Origin: Lytechinus pictus
Taxonomy: Eukaryota
Length of the DNA stretch: 64,000 nucleotides
Assembly (NCBI RefSeq): GCF_037042905.1
Contig: NC_087246.1
Coordinates: 35,774,001-35,838,000, forward strand
Direction of reading: 5' to 3'
Made by a program: the position numbers and the translations under genes. This document shows, in pieces, positions 13,997-26,349 of this stretch; within the stretch, counting starts at the first letter, position 1; every line of letters starts with the position of its first letter. A model generated the notes under the pieces. The model saw only the letters and a program-made list of their open reading frames with translations, was not told the DNA's origin and did not search any database.

Positions 13997-15169
13997 TGAA
14001 ATTCTGCTCCCTGAAAGTGAGCTGCTACAGTTCATTTGTTATTAAGAGATGCTATTTCCATAATCATCATTGTTTTCAATGATGTTTATGAAGAAAAAAA
14101 CATTTAAAACCATCTTGGGTGTGTAATCTTATTGAAACAAGCTAATCCACTTGACATTTCAAATGTCATTGATTGTTTTATTATGTTTTAAAGGCCTTGA
14201 GTTATCCACGCCAAGTGACCTAAGAACATCGCGTTGCCAGCATTCGACTTAACAGATGTTCATGGGCTTTGTGTCACTTTCTTGAAATTAAGATGATTGA
14301 GCTGTTAGCAAATGTGTTGCTGAATGGCTAGAATGGGAGGTGCCTTTCTGCTGTCGAGGGAGTTTAGATTCTTATCTCATTCTTAGATCTGTTAAACACA
14401 TTAATCATGTTCATTTTCGTGATATTGAATGGCTCATTCAATCACGATCATTCGAAAATTCAACAAATTTACATAATTTCAAGTTAAAATTAAAAGCCTA
14501 TCTATTCCAATAGTATGTACAGCACCTAGGAAGCTCTTGCAGCGCAGTAGAATATATAGAAATGGTTTTTGCGCTATATAAATGCATATTATCATTATTA
14601 TTATTATTAAAAGAATATATATATTATGTGGTTTATGGGAGAATGACCGAATGAAATGAGATTATTTACAGTTCATTAAATAGACCTGGGAAGTAAAATA
14701 TTCCAGATTTAAGAATCTTTTATTGGTCAATATATGCATGCAAAGAAATTTAGTTTCCAATGGCTAACAACAGGTATACACAAAGATGAAAAATACAGTA
14801 TATCATAACAACATTGAAAATTGTACAAACAAACAAAATGTATTAATAAGTTTCTGCAATAACATTAATACCCCTGAAAATTCATAATGCATGCGGATGA
14901 TGATAAGAAGTAGGTATATGCTGTTATAACCCCCCCCCCATCATCATCATCAGTGATTTGACGTCATTCTAGTATACTCATTTAGTATTCAAATTAATAT
15001 TGATGAAAGCAATGATATGGTAAAATAATATTGTTGATGTATATCCCACATGATTTATAGTTTTCATTAATGATATTGTTTCCATGAGAAGTTTTACAAA
15101 GCCTTGTAATCAGAATATCATGTGTTCTAATCCACACTAGCGTCTTCATTTGAGGCCATTTTGTATTAC

Positions 15170-17957
15170 TAGTAAGCCATTTCCAGGATAGAAGAGGCAT
15201 AACCTTGTTTTTTTATATATACAATATTTTTTGATGGTTTCTTGTCAATTCGAGGGTGCTGATTACGAATCTGAATGATGCCACTCGTGTAACCTTGAGC
15301 ATTTTCCGCAAATTTGCAAAATCCAATATGGCCGCAAAATATGCAAATTACCCATGAAAATCATAAAATTGTCCGCACACTGGCTATGAAATGCATGAAA
15401 TTGTATGGCAGGAGTGAAATACTCTCTGAAAAAATAATTTTTGACAAAATATTTATTTTCCTGATATTCAAAATGGCCGCCATAGGCCCTTGTATACTCT
15501 ATTATGTACAATATGAATAGGGAAAACTAATTTTCACAAAAATGAGCACCAAACTGCAAAAAATTGCGACGTATGAACGAAGTAATATATGCAAATCTTC
15601 ATTACTAACGAGATATATAATTTATTATGTCATATATAGGAACATTGCTGTATTTTGATATCTAAAATAGCCGCCACTGGCCCAAACAGTATTGCGTACA
15701 ATGGCAATGGGGGCCAAAAAAATCACAAGAGTGATCACTAAAATGCATATCATTAAGATTAAACGAGTGGAATACTGACTAAAAACATAATTGTTAACGA
15801 AATATATTATTAATATGCCATGTATGTGATGAATGTTGTATTTTGATATTCAAAATGGCTGCCAGAGGCCCTAATAGTGCTATGCACAATGAGAAAAAGG
15901 AGCAAAGAAATCACAAGAGTGAGCACTAAAATGCATATACATGTGATAAATCAATGGGATACTGTCTAAAAACGTATTTTCTAACGAAATATATTATTCA
16001 GGTTTCAAGTTTGTGTTAAATACTGTATTTGACTTTCAAAATGGCCGCCATAGACATTAACAGTATTATGTACAATGCAACGTGGGAAACCAATATTCAC
16101 AGGAGTGAGCACCATAAATGCACGTAATAGTGATCTATGAGTAAAATATTGTCTGAAAGCGTAATTTCTATTAAGATATATAATTTATTCTGCCAGTTAG
16201 GTGATAAATAATGTTATTGGAAAGTCAAAATGGCCGCTACAGGCCCTTACGGTATTATGCACAATGTGAATAAGGACAAATTATTTCAACAGAATTTGGC
16301 TTTGCTTGGCCAAATGGTGATGTATGAGTGAAATATAGTCTGAAAACATGATTTATAACAAAATATATCATATCTTATGTAATTTAGGTGATAAATACTG
16401 TATTTCAACATTCAAAATGACTGCCATATGCCCTTTTTGTGAACATTATTTGTTTCCACTCAAATTGTATATTATACGATAAGGGCCTATGGTGGCCATT
16501 TTCAATTTAAAAATGCAGCATTTATCACCTTAATTACACAACATTGTGATATATCTCGTTAGAAACCATGGTTTTATACAATATTTCACCCTTACATCAC
16601 AACTCACAATTATATGCAATATTTAGAGTCAAGCAAAGCCAAATTCCGTCAAAATTATATGTCCCATGTTACAATGTACACAATACTTTTAGGACATATG
16701 GCAGCCATTTTGGATTTCAAAGTACAGCATTTATTACCTCCACGACCAATATGTGATGTATTTAGTTAGAAATCATGTTTAAGACAATATTTTTACTCGT
16801 ACATCACAGTTATATGCATTTTATGATTCTCACTCTTGTGAAATTAGTTTCCCTATTCGCATGTTACATAATTTAGTTAGGGCTTGTAGCGGTTATTTTG
16901 AATGTCAAAATACAGTATTTATCACCTATATAGCAGAATAAATGCTATAATTTAAAAAAATATGTGTTTTCAAATAACATTTTACTCATACAACAGGATT
17001 ATATGGATGTCATAGTCAAGCAAATCCAAATTCTTACAAAATTATATGTCCCCATTCACATTGTAGATAATACTGTTAGGACCTTAAGGGCCCATTTTGA
17101 ATTTCATAATACAACATTTATCTCATGCATGACAAAAGAAATGATATGTCTTGCTATAAAACATGTTGTCAGACAATATTTTACTCGTAGATTACAATTA
17201 CATGCATTTTATGTTTCTTACTCGTGTGAAAATTAGTTTCTCCATTCGCATTGTACATGATAAATATGGGCCTAAGGCGGCCATTTTGAATGTCAAAATA
17301 CAGCATTTATCACATAAATGGCATATTAACAATGATGTTTTTAGTCAGTAGTCCACTCGTTTATCTTAATAAAATGCATTTTAGTGATCACTCTTGTCAT
17401 TTTTTTGGCCCCGGCCATAGCCATTGTACATAATACTATTTTGGCCAGTGGCGGCTATTTTGCATATCAAAATACAGCAACGTTCCCATATATGACATAA
17501 TAAATGATATATCTCGTTAGTAATGATGATTTGCATATATTACTTCGTTCATACATCGATTTTTTGCGGTTTAGTGCTCATTTTTGTGAAAATTAGTTTC
17601 CCCCTACTCGTATTGTACATAATAGAGTATACAATGGCCTATGGCGGCCATTTTGAATATCAGGAAAATAAATATTTTGTCAACAATTATTTTTTCAGAG
17701 AGTATTTCACTCATGCCACACGATTTCATGCATTTCATAGCCAATGTGCGGACAATTTTATGATTTTCTTGGGTAATTTGCATATTTTGGCGGCCATATT
17801 GGATTTTGCCAATTTGCGGAAAATGCTCAAGGTTACACGAGTGGCATCATCCAGATTCGTAATCAGCACCCTCGAATTGACAAGAAACCATCAAAAAATA
17901 TTGTATATATAAAAAAACAAGGTTTGGTCAAGTTTCTATGGGGCCTATCCTGGACTA
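15170..17957. mobile_element. ~2.8-kb foldback element with long inverted arms made of ~150-bp subrepeats (possibly Academ-like, TAGT...ACTA ends)
   Basis: The sequence from 15201 onward is the reverse complement of the sequence ending at 17924. ORFs 15263-15511(-) and 17523-17912(+) are mirror copies. AAAATGGCCGCC recurs throughout. Confidence 0.85.
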
Positions 17958-18271
17958 ATACTCAGTATTGCATGGTTACTTGGGGAGTGCTTAATGAAAG
18001 GATTTGGCAGATGTTTTAGCCAGCAAGTCCAGTTTTTATCCGACAATTGCCATAGTAACAGTGCTTCTTGGCCAATCAACATCAAGTTGTCAGATCCGAC
18101 AGGTTGATGAAATCCTCCCCTGATAAAATGCGATAGCAAAGTTTGCATATCGATTCGGTAGCTCTTGCTAGATTGTTATTATTATTATTATTATTATTAT
18201 CATTATTAATATTATTATTGTTATTATCATTGTTATTTTTACCAACACTGCTACTCCTACTATACTACTAC

Positions 18272-18408
18272 NNNNNNNNNNNNNNNNNNNNNNNNNNNNN
18301 NNNNNNNNNNNNNNNNNNNNNNNNNNNNNNNNNNNNNNNNNNNNNNNNNNNNNNNNNNNNNNNNNNNNNNNNNNNNNNNNNNNNNNNNNNNNNNNNNNNN
18401 NNNNNNNN
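18272..18408. other. Assembly gap (N run)
   Basis: 137 Ns next to ATT/TAC microsatellites. Confidence 0.99.
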
Positions 18409-19282
18409 ATCGTCATGATACTCGTCTTTGTCACTATTATTGCAATTGTTATTTCCAAAGCGTATTAAGTCATGTCAGCCATATCGAGCCTTTAAGACCT
18501 GGAGACCCTTTCCTATCGAAGACCAAAGATTTTGAGGGTGTGAAAAGGGAAGAGTGTGTGTATAGGAGAGGGTATGTGTGTGTAAGTTTTGTCAGACGTG
18601 TACCAATCAGATATGATTAATCACGTCTGGGTCCGACCTTTAACGTCACCTTCCGAAAGATGTGACCAGGGCTCGAACCGTGAACAGACATAGCTTGAGT
18701 TACAGGCTCTCGTGACAACGCCCAGTTGTGTGTGTGGTTCGTAAAGATGAATATTGTTTAACGAGTGTTTTTTTTTTCTTCAGTTAATTGTTCCAGATCG
18801 AAATGTCATCCCATGTCATGTCTTGCATATATTAATATATATATATCTTATTTGATCATGAGGGTCATGTCGAAGATAAAACGTTCGCCCTGGCAAATTT
18901 TGTCCTCATAGGCCTAGCTAGCTGACTTGATAGGATAAGAAGCACACGTAGAAGAAGCAAAAGAACAATTTGAGGTAACAAAGTTTTGTTTTTAACTTTA
19001 ATACCAGATGTGAAGAAGGTAGTAGAAAATAAAGGATGGTAGTGGAGTTTGATTGTAGAAAGGGGGGGGGTCTACATTGTCATTATAGCCGAAATAGGAT
19101 AGAATGTTAGTAGAAATAGTGTGGTAGTTTATATTGAAACGAGATGAGAAGCAAATATGCAGATATTGCCCAACTCTCTCCTTCTCCCCCTCCCCATCTC
19201 TCTCTCTCTGATATACTGTATATTCTCTTGTCGAAGTTCTAGGATAAAGAGTCAAAACGTTTCATGATCTAATCCACTCAAT

Positions 19283-19515
19283 AAGCCAGTTCGTAGTTCC
19301 TCTCTGCGCATGATCAAAAGATTCTACGCATGATCAGAGGAAGGTCATTTGTACTAAAGTGACATGGTGGTTTAAAATCTAATGAGATAAGCACCAACTT
19401 TTGATGTCTTGATTATTCATATATTCTTTTGAATTGTGGTTTTCATCTACATCCACAAAAAAAAACAATGCGTCCACGAACGACTGGTATTTCACAGTTT
19501 GCCAAGTACATTGTG
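19283..19515 (+). repeat. Interspersed repeat fragment also present at ~47825-48030 and ~62400-62607
   Basis: All copies share ctgcgcatgatcaga..gaaggtcatttgtactaaagtgac...gatgtcttgattattcatatattcttttgaatt. Confidence 0.75.
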
Positions 19516-19789
19516 CAACATGCTATGATATGCATTCAAGTAGGAATGCAACAAATACCTTCATAAAGTGTTCATTGGTGTGCTATTCTAGTCACTTGGT
19601 CTATTCAATTTCTTCATCCTGCTATGTAAGGCAAGCTTACGTAATATCTTGCTTTGAAATCTGCCTATCATAATGAAAGAAATGAAAGGTCATTTGACCA
19701 AAATTGTCCATGAAGTAACTACGAACTGGTCTATTAACACACTTCTTCGCGATGATTTTTTATTTTAACACATTAATTTCATATTTGTA

Positions 19790-20555
19790 TACGGAGTGAT
19801 AATCACCCTCATAAACTTACAACCACGAGAGCAGAATGTAGAATAAGATGTCTTTAGAAATATGAAATTTTAAAACAAGCTTCTTGTGTGTTTCATACTT
19901 TCATCATATTTATGTTCCTTAACACTTAACACCTCAGAAATCCCCGATTTCAGGAAAAAAATATGTAATGAACGCATAACCATTATAAATGGCTAAAAAG
20001 AGTATTTTCTCCCAATTAATTTGATACCATATTTATGGGGTATGTCTTCACGCTCGGATGATAGGTAGGTATCCTTTGCAGTGATGTAAATTTTGATTCG
20101 CGCCAAAGTAAGGTATAAATGCTATGAATGAATCGAGATGTCAATGATGTCATAATCCTACATGAGTTACTAAACATGATTATTCGCAAATATTTTCAAT
20201 GGAATTAACTTCAGAATTGATACTAAAAAGTGTTTATTATTAACAATTATAATGTAATTTATTGAAAATGTGTTTAGAAATAGGTTTTAATGCAACCCTT
20301 TTAGGATTATGACATCATTGACATCTCGATTCATTAATTGCAGTCATGCTTTACTTTGGCGCAAATCAAAATTTACATCACTGCAAAGAATACCGCCTGA
20401 TCTTCCAAGCGTTAACACATACCACATAAATATGGTATCTAATTATTTGGGAGAACATACTCGTTCAGAACAAATATAATACGTATGTGTTCATGCCATA
20501 TTTTCTCTTAAATTGGGGATTTGTGGGGTGTCATCTTTTTTTTATTCACACGGTA
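19790..20555. mobile_element. Palindromic MITE, TA-flanked (Tc1/mariner-like)
   Basis: Inverted arms at ~19925-20160 and ~20300-20535 (aatcgagatgtcaatgatgtcataatcct / aggattatgacatcattgacatctcgatt). Confidence 0.7.
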
Positions 20556-21509
20556 TAGATGAGCGTTAACGTGCGTGAGAGAGTGGGTGTGCGTGTACAC
20601 GTCACTCTCTCCTTCTAATATTCCTCAATTTTCTCTCAATTTTCATTCTTTTTTGTCATCTTGTTTCTCTCCTATAATAATTGTTTTCGCATTATTCCCC
20701 ATTATTATAATCCAGCCATCCTTTTTTACATTTTCACAAAATACTCGCGATACCACTTTTCCACATCAAAAGTTCATATAAAAAACTGTTCCAGAATAAA
20801 ACAAAGTACAAAGTTGTTGAAATAATCTGAATTGCTGTTTTATTACGTGATATACATAATTATCAAAAAATGAAATCAACAAAATGTACATGCACAAACA
20901 AACAAAAAATAGGGGAATGACATAAGAACAAAAAAATAGTAGTACAAAGAAATTTAGTAAAATGAAAAATATTTTGAAGGAAATACATTGAAATTGTGAA
21001 TAGTTTTGTCTAGTTCGTCCCACTTAGGCACATTAAAATTTAAACAAGTAATTACAAATTTTCTATGAAAGACAAGGTTCTCTAGCTTTTTGGTAGTCAT
21101 AAATGAACATCACAATCTTATTGTAGTGAAGAGATACAGTGGGTTCTTTTTTCTTATATATTACAAAATGAAAATTGCCTTGACTGAGAAAAAGAAATGT
21201 TTCCCTCATCCTATATATTGATCTATACGTAGGGTTCCATTCGATAAAGAGGCAAATCCGATTGATGGAAATGAACGTTACAGTTGTAATACTAGACGTT
21301 AAAGCGTTATCATTCTAAAGCAATCGTTTGATGGCTTTATTGACTGCTTATTCATAATTTTTCTATTGTGATCACTGGTGCAGAGAGATGATGTGACTTC
21401 CTTCAGTGATCAGCTTGACCGGTGATTGGTTTGTTAAGAGTGGATAATGGGCACCGGTCAATCAACGAGAACCATGCTCAAACACCCAGTAATATATCCT
21501 TGTCTTGAG

Positions 21510-23226
21510 TTACACTGCATTTGTAACAGGTCCCATATCTGCAATATTGAGAAAAAAAGTCAATGAGATGGTCGATTGATAAAGAAATTTCCTCACCCAG
21601 AATATTACATTTTTATCAGATAGTCTTGGGATATATTATATTTCCACTTGAAAAAGCATGAAAAATATTATACTCTTTGAATTAGTCTAATTAGATCAAT
21701 GAGCCATTCAAGAAGATATGCCCTCATGATAATTAATCCTGAGTTAACAAAATACTTTCAAAAAATGTTTTTTAATCAAGACCATTTTGCCAGTACCTGA
21801 ACGAATTGCTAACCTAGAGATGACCGCAATATTCATACTATATTTGTGTCTGGATCGTACTCACCTTTGCAGTTCATCACATTGACATTGTTCTCACAGA
21901 CCTGCTCCATGGCTGAACAACCATCCTTGAGGTTAGTCACCTGTTCTCCATCGGGCGAGAAGCACAGCTTCCCTTCCTCTGCCTTCTCCAGGTAATCCTC
22001 AATCTGCTCCTCATCGATGCCAACGAGTCCCTCGATCTCATCCGCCTCGTCGATGACTTCCTCGATGACGTCAGCATTACACGTGCCGCCTTCGTCCATG
22101 AGCTCCTCCCTGAACAGGTCGCACGCGGCGTCGAGGTGAAGGGAGATCTTCGACGTGAAAACTGCAGGAAATGAGGTAGCAATGAGAGTAAATGAATGAC
22201 TTCCTGATCCGAGTTAAGTGAATTACGATCGAGGGTTCACTTATACCGTGATCATGACATACTTGCAACTGCTTCAAAGGGGGTACTAATACGGCTATAC
22301 TACTTTCATTAGAAACTTTCATGACCTGTGTGCTCAATTTAAAGGTTGAGGTTCGAATCAAATCAATGAACTTCAAACCATTGCCCAACAATCTATGCAG
22401 GTCATGACTTTGTCGTGTGCATGTGTTGTACCCCTCGACACAACTTCTATTAAATTGGAAAAATGCACAAACATCACAAACTAGCATTTTTGATTACTCA
22501 GCGATCTGCTCTAGATAACCTAACACAGGGGCCGTGGAACGGTTTTCAAAGTGTGGGGGGGGGGGGGCTGACCATGCAAAAAATCACAATCATATGGTCA
22601 TTTTTACGTTTTAGTACATGGATTCAGAAAAAAGTGGGGGGCTGAAGCCCCCCCCCCCCCCCCGCTTCCGCGGCCCCTGTAACAAACTACAAACTTTGAT
22701 ATCTTCAAAAAGACTTAACATACCCTTAGCTTCGGCACTTCTTATAGCTGCACCAGCTATCACAACAAGGCAGAGTACAGCAGCAACATTCATCTGAAGA
22801 AGAAAATGTAATAAAGCAGATATTAGTTTTGAATTGCTCAGCAAGAAATGGAGGGAGGGAATCGCCTTCATGTGACGTTTTCATGACTTTTATCATGTGA
22901 CGGCTAACAAACTGACATGTACGTCTGCAACAGATAAAATGGACAATTATTCGATTTAATTCCAGTATAGTTTTAAGTAGAAAAATACAAGGAACAAAAT
23001 AATGTATATCTATCAAAAATATTGCTTGCGATCTTAGGCGGTAATAATAATGTGAAGGAAACGATCTTTTTTAAACTTATGATATTTACCATCTTTTCAT
23101 TGTTGGTACGTTTGCTATTTGAAAACTTATTATATGATAGGCATTTGTTTTCTTTGCATTTTGAACAGCCATCTTTTACTTCTACGATTGATTCTTTTTT
23201 TTGAATGAACTCACCGAAATGCCCAT
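21510..23226 (-). CDS. G3: secreted, highly acidic six-Cys domain protein, 135 aa; exons 23215-23226, 22724-22793, 21865-22161, 21510-21538
   Basis: Spliced CDS 408 nt: MGIS|MNVAAVLCLVVIAGAAIRSAEAK|VFTSKISLHLDAACDLF...DGCSAMEQVCENNVNVMNCK|DMGPVTNAV*. Canonical splice sites. TATAAAA at 23391-23397 (-). Confidence 0.87.
22526..22679. mobile_element. Short poly-G/poly-C MITE in G3 intron 2
   Basis: TIRs caggggccgtggaa...ttccgcggcccctg. Confidence 0.7.
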
Positions 23227-23361
23227 TATTATTTGATGTCCTCAACGGCTTGAAATTTAAATAAGAATTTTGAAAGTTCTGCAACGAATTGGCGAAGCTT
23301 GCTGGCTTACTGATTCAGTAAATCCGCTCACTTGATTTGTTCACTGGCTCCGAATGAGATC

Positions 23362-23397
23362 GAATGAAGTTGAAGCAGCATTAACCGCCATTTTATA
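23362..23397 (-). promoter_or_regulatory. G3 core promoter (TATA + Inr)
   Basis: TATAAAA lies 32 nt upstream of TCATTC. Confidence 0.65.
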
Positions 23398-24138
23398 CAT
23401 TCATTATAACCTCGGAAATTAATTTTGATTTCTTCAATCTTATGGACATCGATGTGAAATTGTATTGTAGGGCACGAGTCTTCAGAATATAGAAAAAAGT
23501 AAACTAACATGGAAAGAAGAAGGATGATTTGGGAAGATAAGTCGGACAGGACCGTTATCTAAGGTTGACCATAACAGAGAGATTAAAAGCATGTGCAGCT
23601 CATGTTGTCAGAATTCACTATCTAATGATTATATTTGACCTATGAGTAAGAGTCCTTATTGTTGTCAATGTTACAATGCTATGCTATGATCTTAACACTA
23701 GATGAGACCTACCCTTTCAGATTTATGATGATAAAATAAAAGGTTTCAATATTGGCCTTTTAAATAACATTTCAAAAGTCATTATGGAACGAAGAGGTCA
23801 ATGTGTAAATAAAGGGTGAATTGACTATTGGGCATCGAACTTGTAAAGTGGCATAATAATTAAAGGGCAAAATATATAGATTGGTTTTATATAGGCACAG
23901 TTTAAAAAAATAGAAAACCCTAGAAGTCACAAGACTGATTTCTATTGTGTAAATAGCCGTGTAAAACAATTGAAAAAAAATGGTAAAAACTAAAATCAGT
24001 ATTTATCAAACAATATATAATCAACACTTACGTGAATATAATTCAAGGCGATGTGAATTACAAATGGTATTTCCTCTGGGCTACTAATTTTGTTGAGATA
24101 TGACAATTCACAATGTATTCCTTCATATCGGTTTAGGT

Positions 24139-24384
24139 CACTAGCGTACCTACGGGGGGGGGCAGGGGGGCACTCTGCCCCCCCTGACGAGTCACAACCC
24201 ATGCAAAAACGTATCTTTGCCCCCCCCCCCCTGACGGGCTTGAGAAACCTTTTTGCCCCCCCCTGACGAGCTTTAAGACCTTTAATGCCCTCCTGACGAG
24301 CTTGAAGACCTTTTTTTTTTCTTTTTTTTTTTTTTTGGTGGACGGTTTTGCCCCCCCCTGTGGAAAATCCTAGGTACGCCACTG
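24139..24384. mobile_element. hAT-type MITE, same family as 6346-6666 in opposite orientation
   Basis: cactagcgtaccta...taggtacgccactg is flanked by the 8-bp TSD GTTTAGGT. Confidence 0.8.
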
Positions 24385-24635
24385 GTTTAGGTGTGATCGT
24401 ATGCTATTGCATATGCTTTAAACGAAAAGGAATAAATCAAATATATACACTATTCAGCGGTAAAAGGTGATCGCAATTCTGGAAAACATAATCATTGCCA
24501 TTGGAAAACGTCCCCTCCCCTCCAATGATGAAAGCAATTACTCGCAATCATTTTAGAAAACCCTGACTGATAATGATAGTTTAATGTACGATGGGGTGCA
24601 GCAAAAGATTAAGAATGCTATGTTTTTTTGGTAAC

Positions 24636-25172
24636 ACTTCGTAATTCCGAAGGTTCGTAATTCCGAAGGTTCTTTATTCCGAAGGTTCGTAATTCCGAAA
24701 CACGTAAATTGCCTATACCTCGATGTTCGTTAATCCGAAAACATAAAAGGGTTCGTTAATCCGAACATTTGTGGCGTTATTCCGAAGGTTCGTTACACCG
24801 AAGGTTCGATAATCCGAAAACGAAATAAGGTTCGATGTTCCGAAGGTTCCATAAACCGAAAACGAAATAAGGTTCGTTGTTCCGAAGGTTCATTAATCCG
24901 AAAACGAAATCAGGTTTGTTAATCATTTCGTTTTCGGACTAACGAACCTTCGGAATTACGAACCTCATTTCGTTTTCGGATTAACGAACCTTCGGAATTA
25001 CGAACCTCACTTTGTTTTCGGACTAACGAACCTTCGGAATTACGAACCTCATTTCGTTTTCGGACTAACGAATCTTCGGAATTACGAACCTTCGGAAATA
25101 CGAACCTTCGCAATAACGAACCTTCGGAATATCCGAACCTTCGGAATAACGAAGCTTCGGAATTACGAATGT
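24636..25172. mobile_element. Foldback MITE built from CCGAAGGTTCG subrepeats
   Basis: The left half is (ttccgaaggttcgtaa)n and the right half is (ttacgaaccttcggaa)n. Confidence 0.8.
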
Positions 25173-26349
25173 ATGCGGTTTTTTTGTGCCAAAATTGCAC
25201 TCACTTGTTTATTTGACAGAAATTAAGGTCATTTGCTATAAATTCATTGTACATGTTGTATATTACCGTACTGTTTCATCTTCTGAGAAGAGGATGGGGT
25301 AGGGAAAAGTTGGTGCTCTCCCCTCCCCTTATATTACTGGCAGAAATCGTTCATGTACTGGTCTCGCTAAACAAACAATACGAGCGCGGAGCGCAAGCTG
25401 AAATTTTGTATATATTTTAGGAATCCAAGAGTATACATATCTCACCATAGTCATCTAATGCGAGTGCCAAGCGCTCGCTGATTTGGTTAATTAGAATTAC
25501 ATCTAAACACATGAAGCACTTTTGTAGTCATTGTAATCATGATTATCATACGCATCTCACTAATCAAATATTGCTAGCGCGAACCGCGATCTGAAAATAT
25601 ACGAAATTTAGACCTGAAGAGGGGCATTCAACGGCTTGTTTGTAGGAATTCACTAAGACCATACGTATTTCGCTAACCAAATGATGCGAGCGCGAAGTGC
25701 GAGCTGAAAATTTTTTATATTCAGATCAGAAAACGTGACATTTTAAGGACTGATTTAAGGAATTCATGAAGAGCAGACATATGTCACAAATCCTTTTATG
25801 CGAACGTAAGCACGGGCAGGAAATGTTTTATATTAAGACTTTAAAATGGGGTGATCACTTTAAGTAGTCATGATATATGTCACTACATAAAACAATAATA
25901 CCTCGAAGTGCGAGGAAATATATTTGGTATATAGTGACTTGATTTGACAACGTCACGTCTCTCAAATATACTTGAAAACTATAGTATTCCGAAAAATATT
26001 TGATCTATTATATTTAGTTAAACAGACAATGCGAGCACCAGAACAATGAAGACATAGGCCCTGAGCAAATCATGTTTCATAAAGTTATGAAAAATGTTTT
26101 TTTAATGTAATATACAGTGCAAATAACATAATTATAATATAATACAACATTATAATGAACAATAATTTCTTCTTTCCCACTACGTTTCTTTTCCTTTTTC
26201 CCTCTTTTTCTCCTTTTCCCCGTTTTTTTTTTTTTTGGCCAGCCGATTGGGGGGCACGTGCCCCCCATGCCCCCCCCCCCCCGTAGTTACGCCACTGTTG
26301 ATTTATTCCTATGTGCTATAAGTATTACTTATTTTTTCAAACAGGGCAT

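Noticed and set aside
15263-17912. Pair of similar ORFs on opposite strands
   Set aside because: They are mirror images in the arms of a foldback element.
24636-25200. Regularly spaced short repeats resembling a CRISPR array; 93-aa repetitive ORF
   Set aside because: The context is eukaryotic, the repeats are inverted about a centre, and there are no unique spacers or cas genes. It is a foldback MITE.
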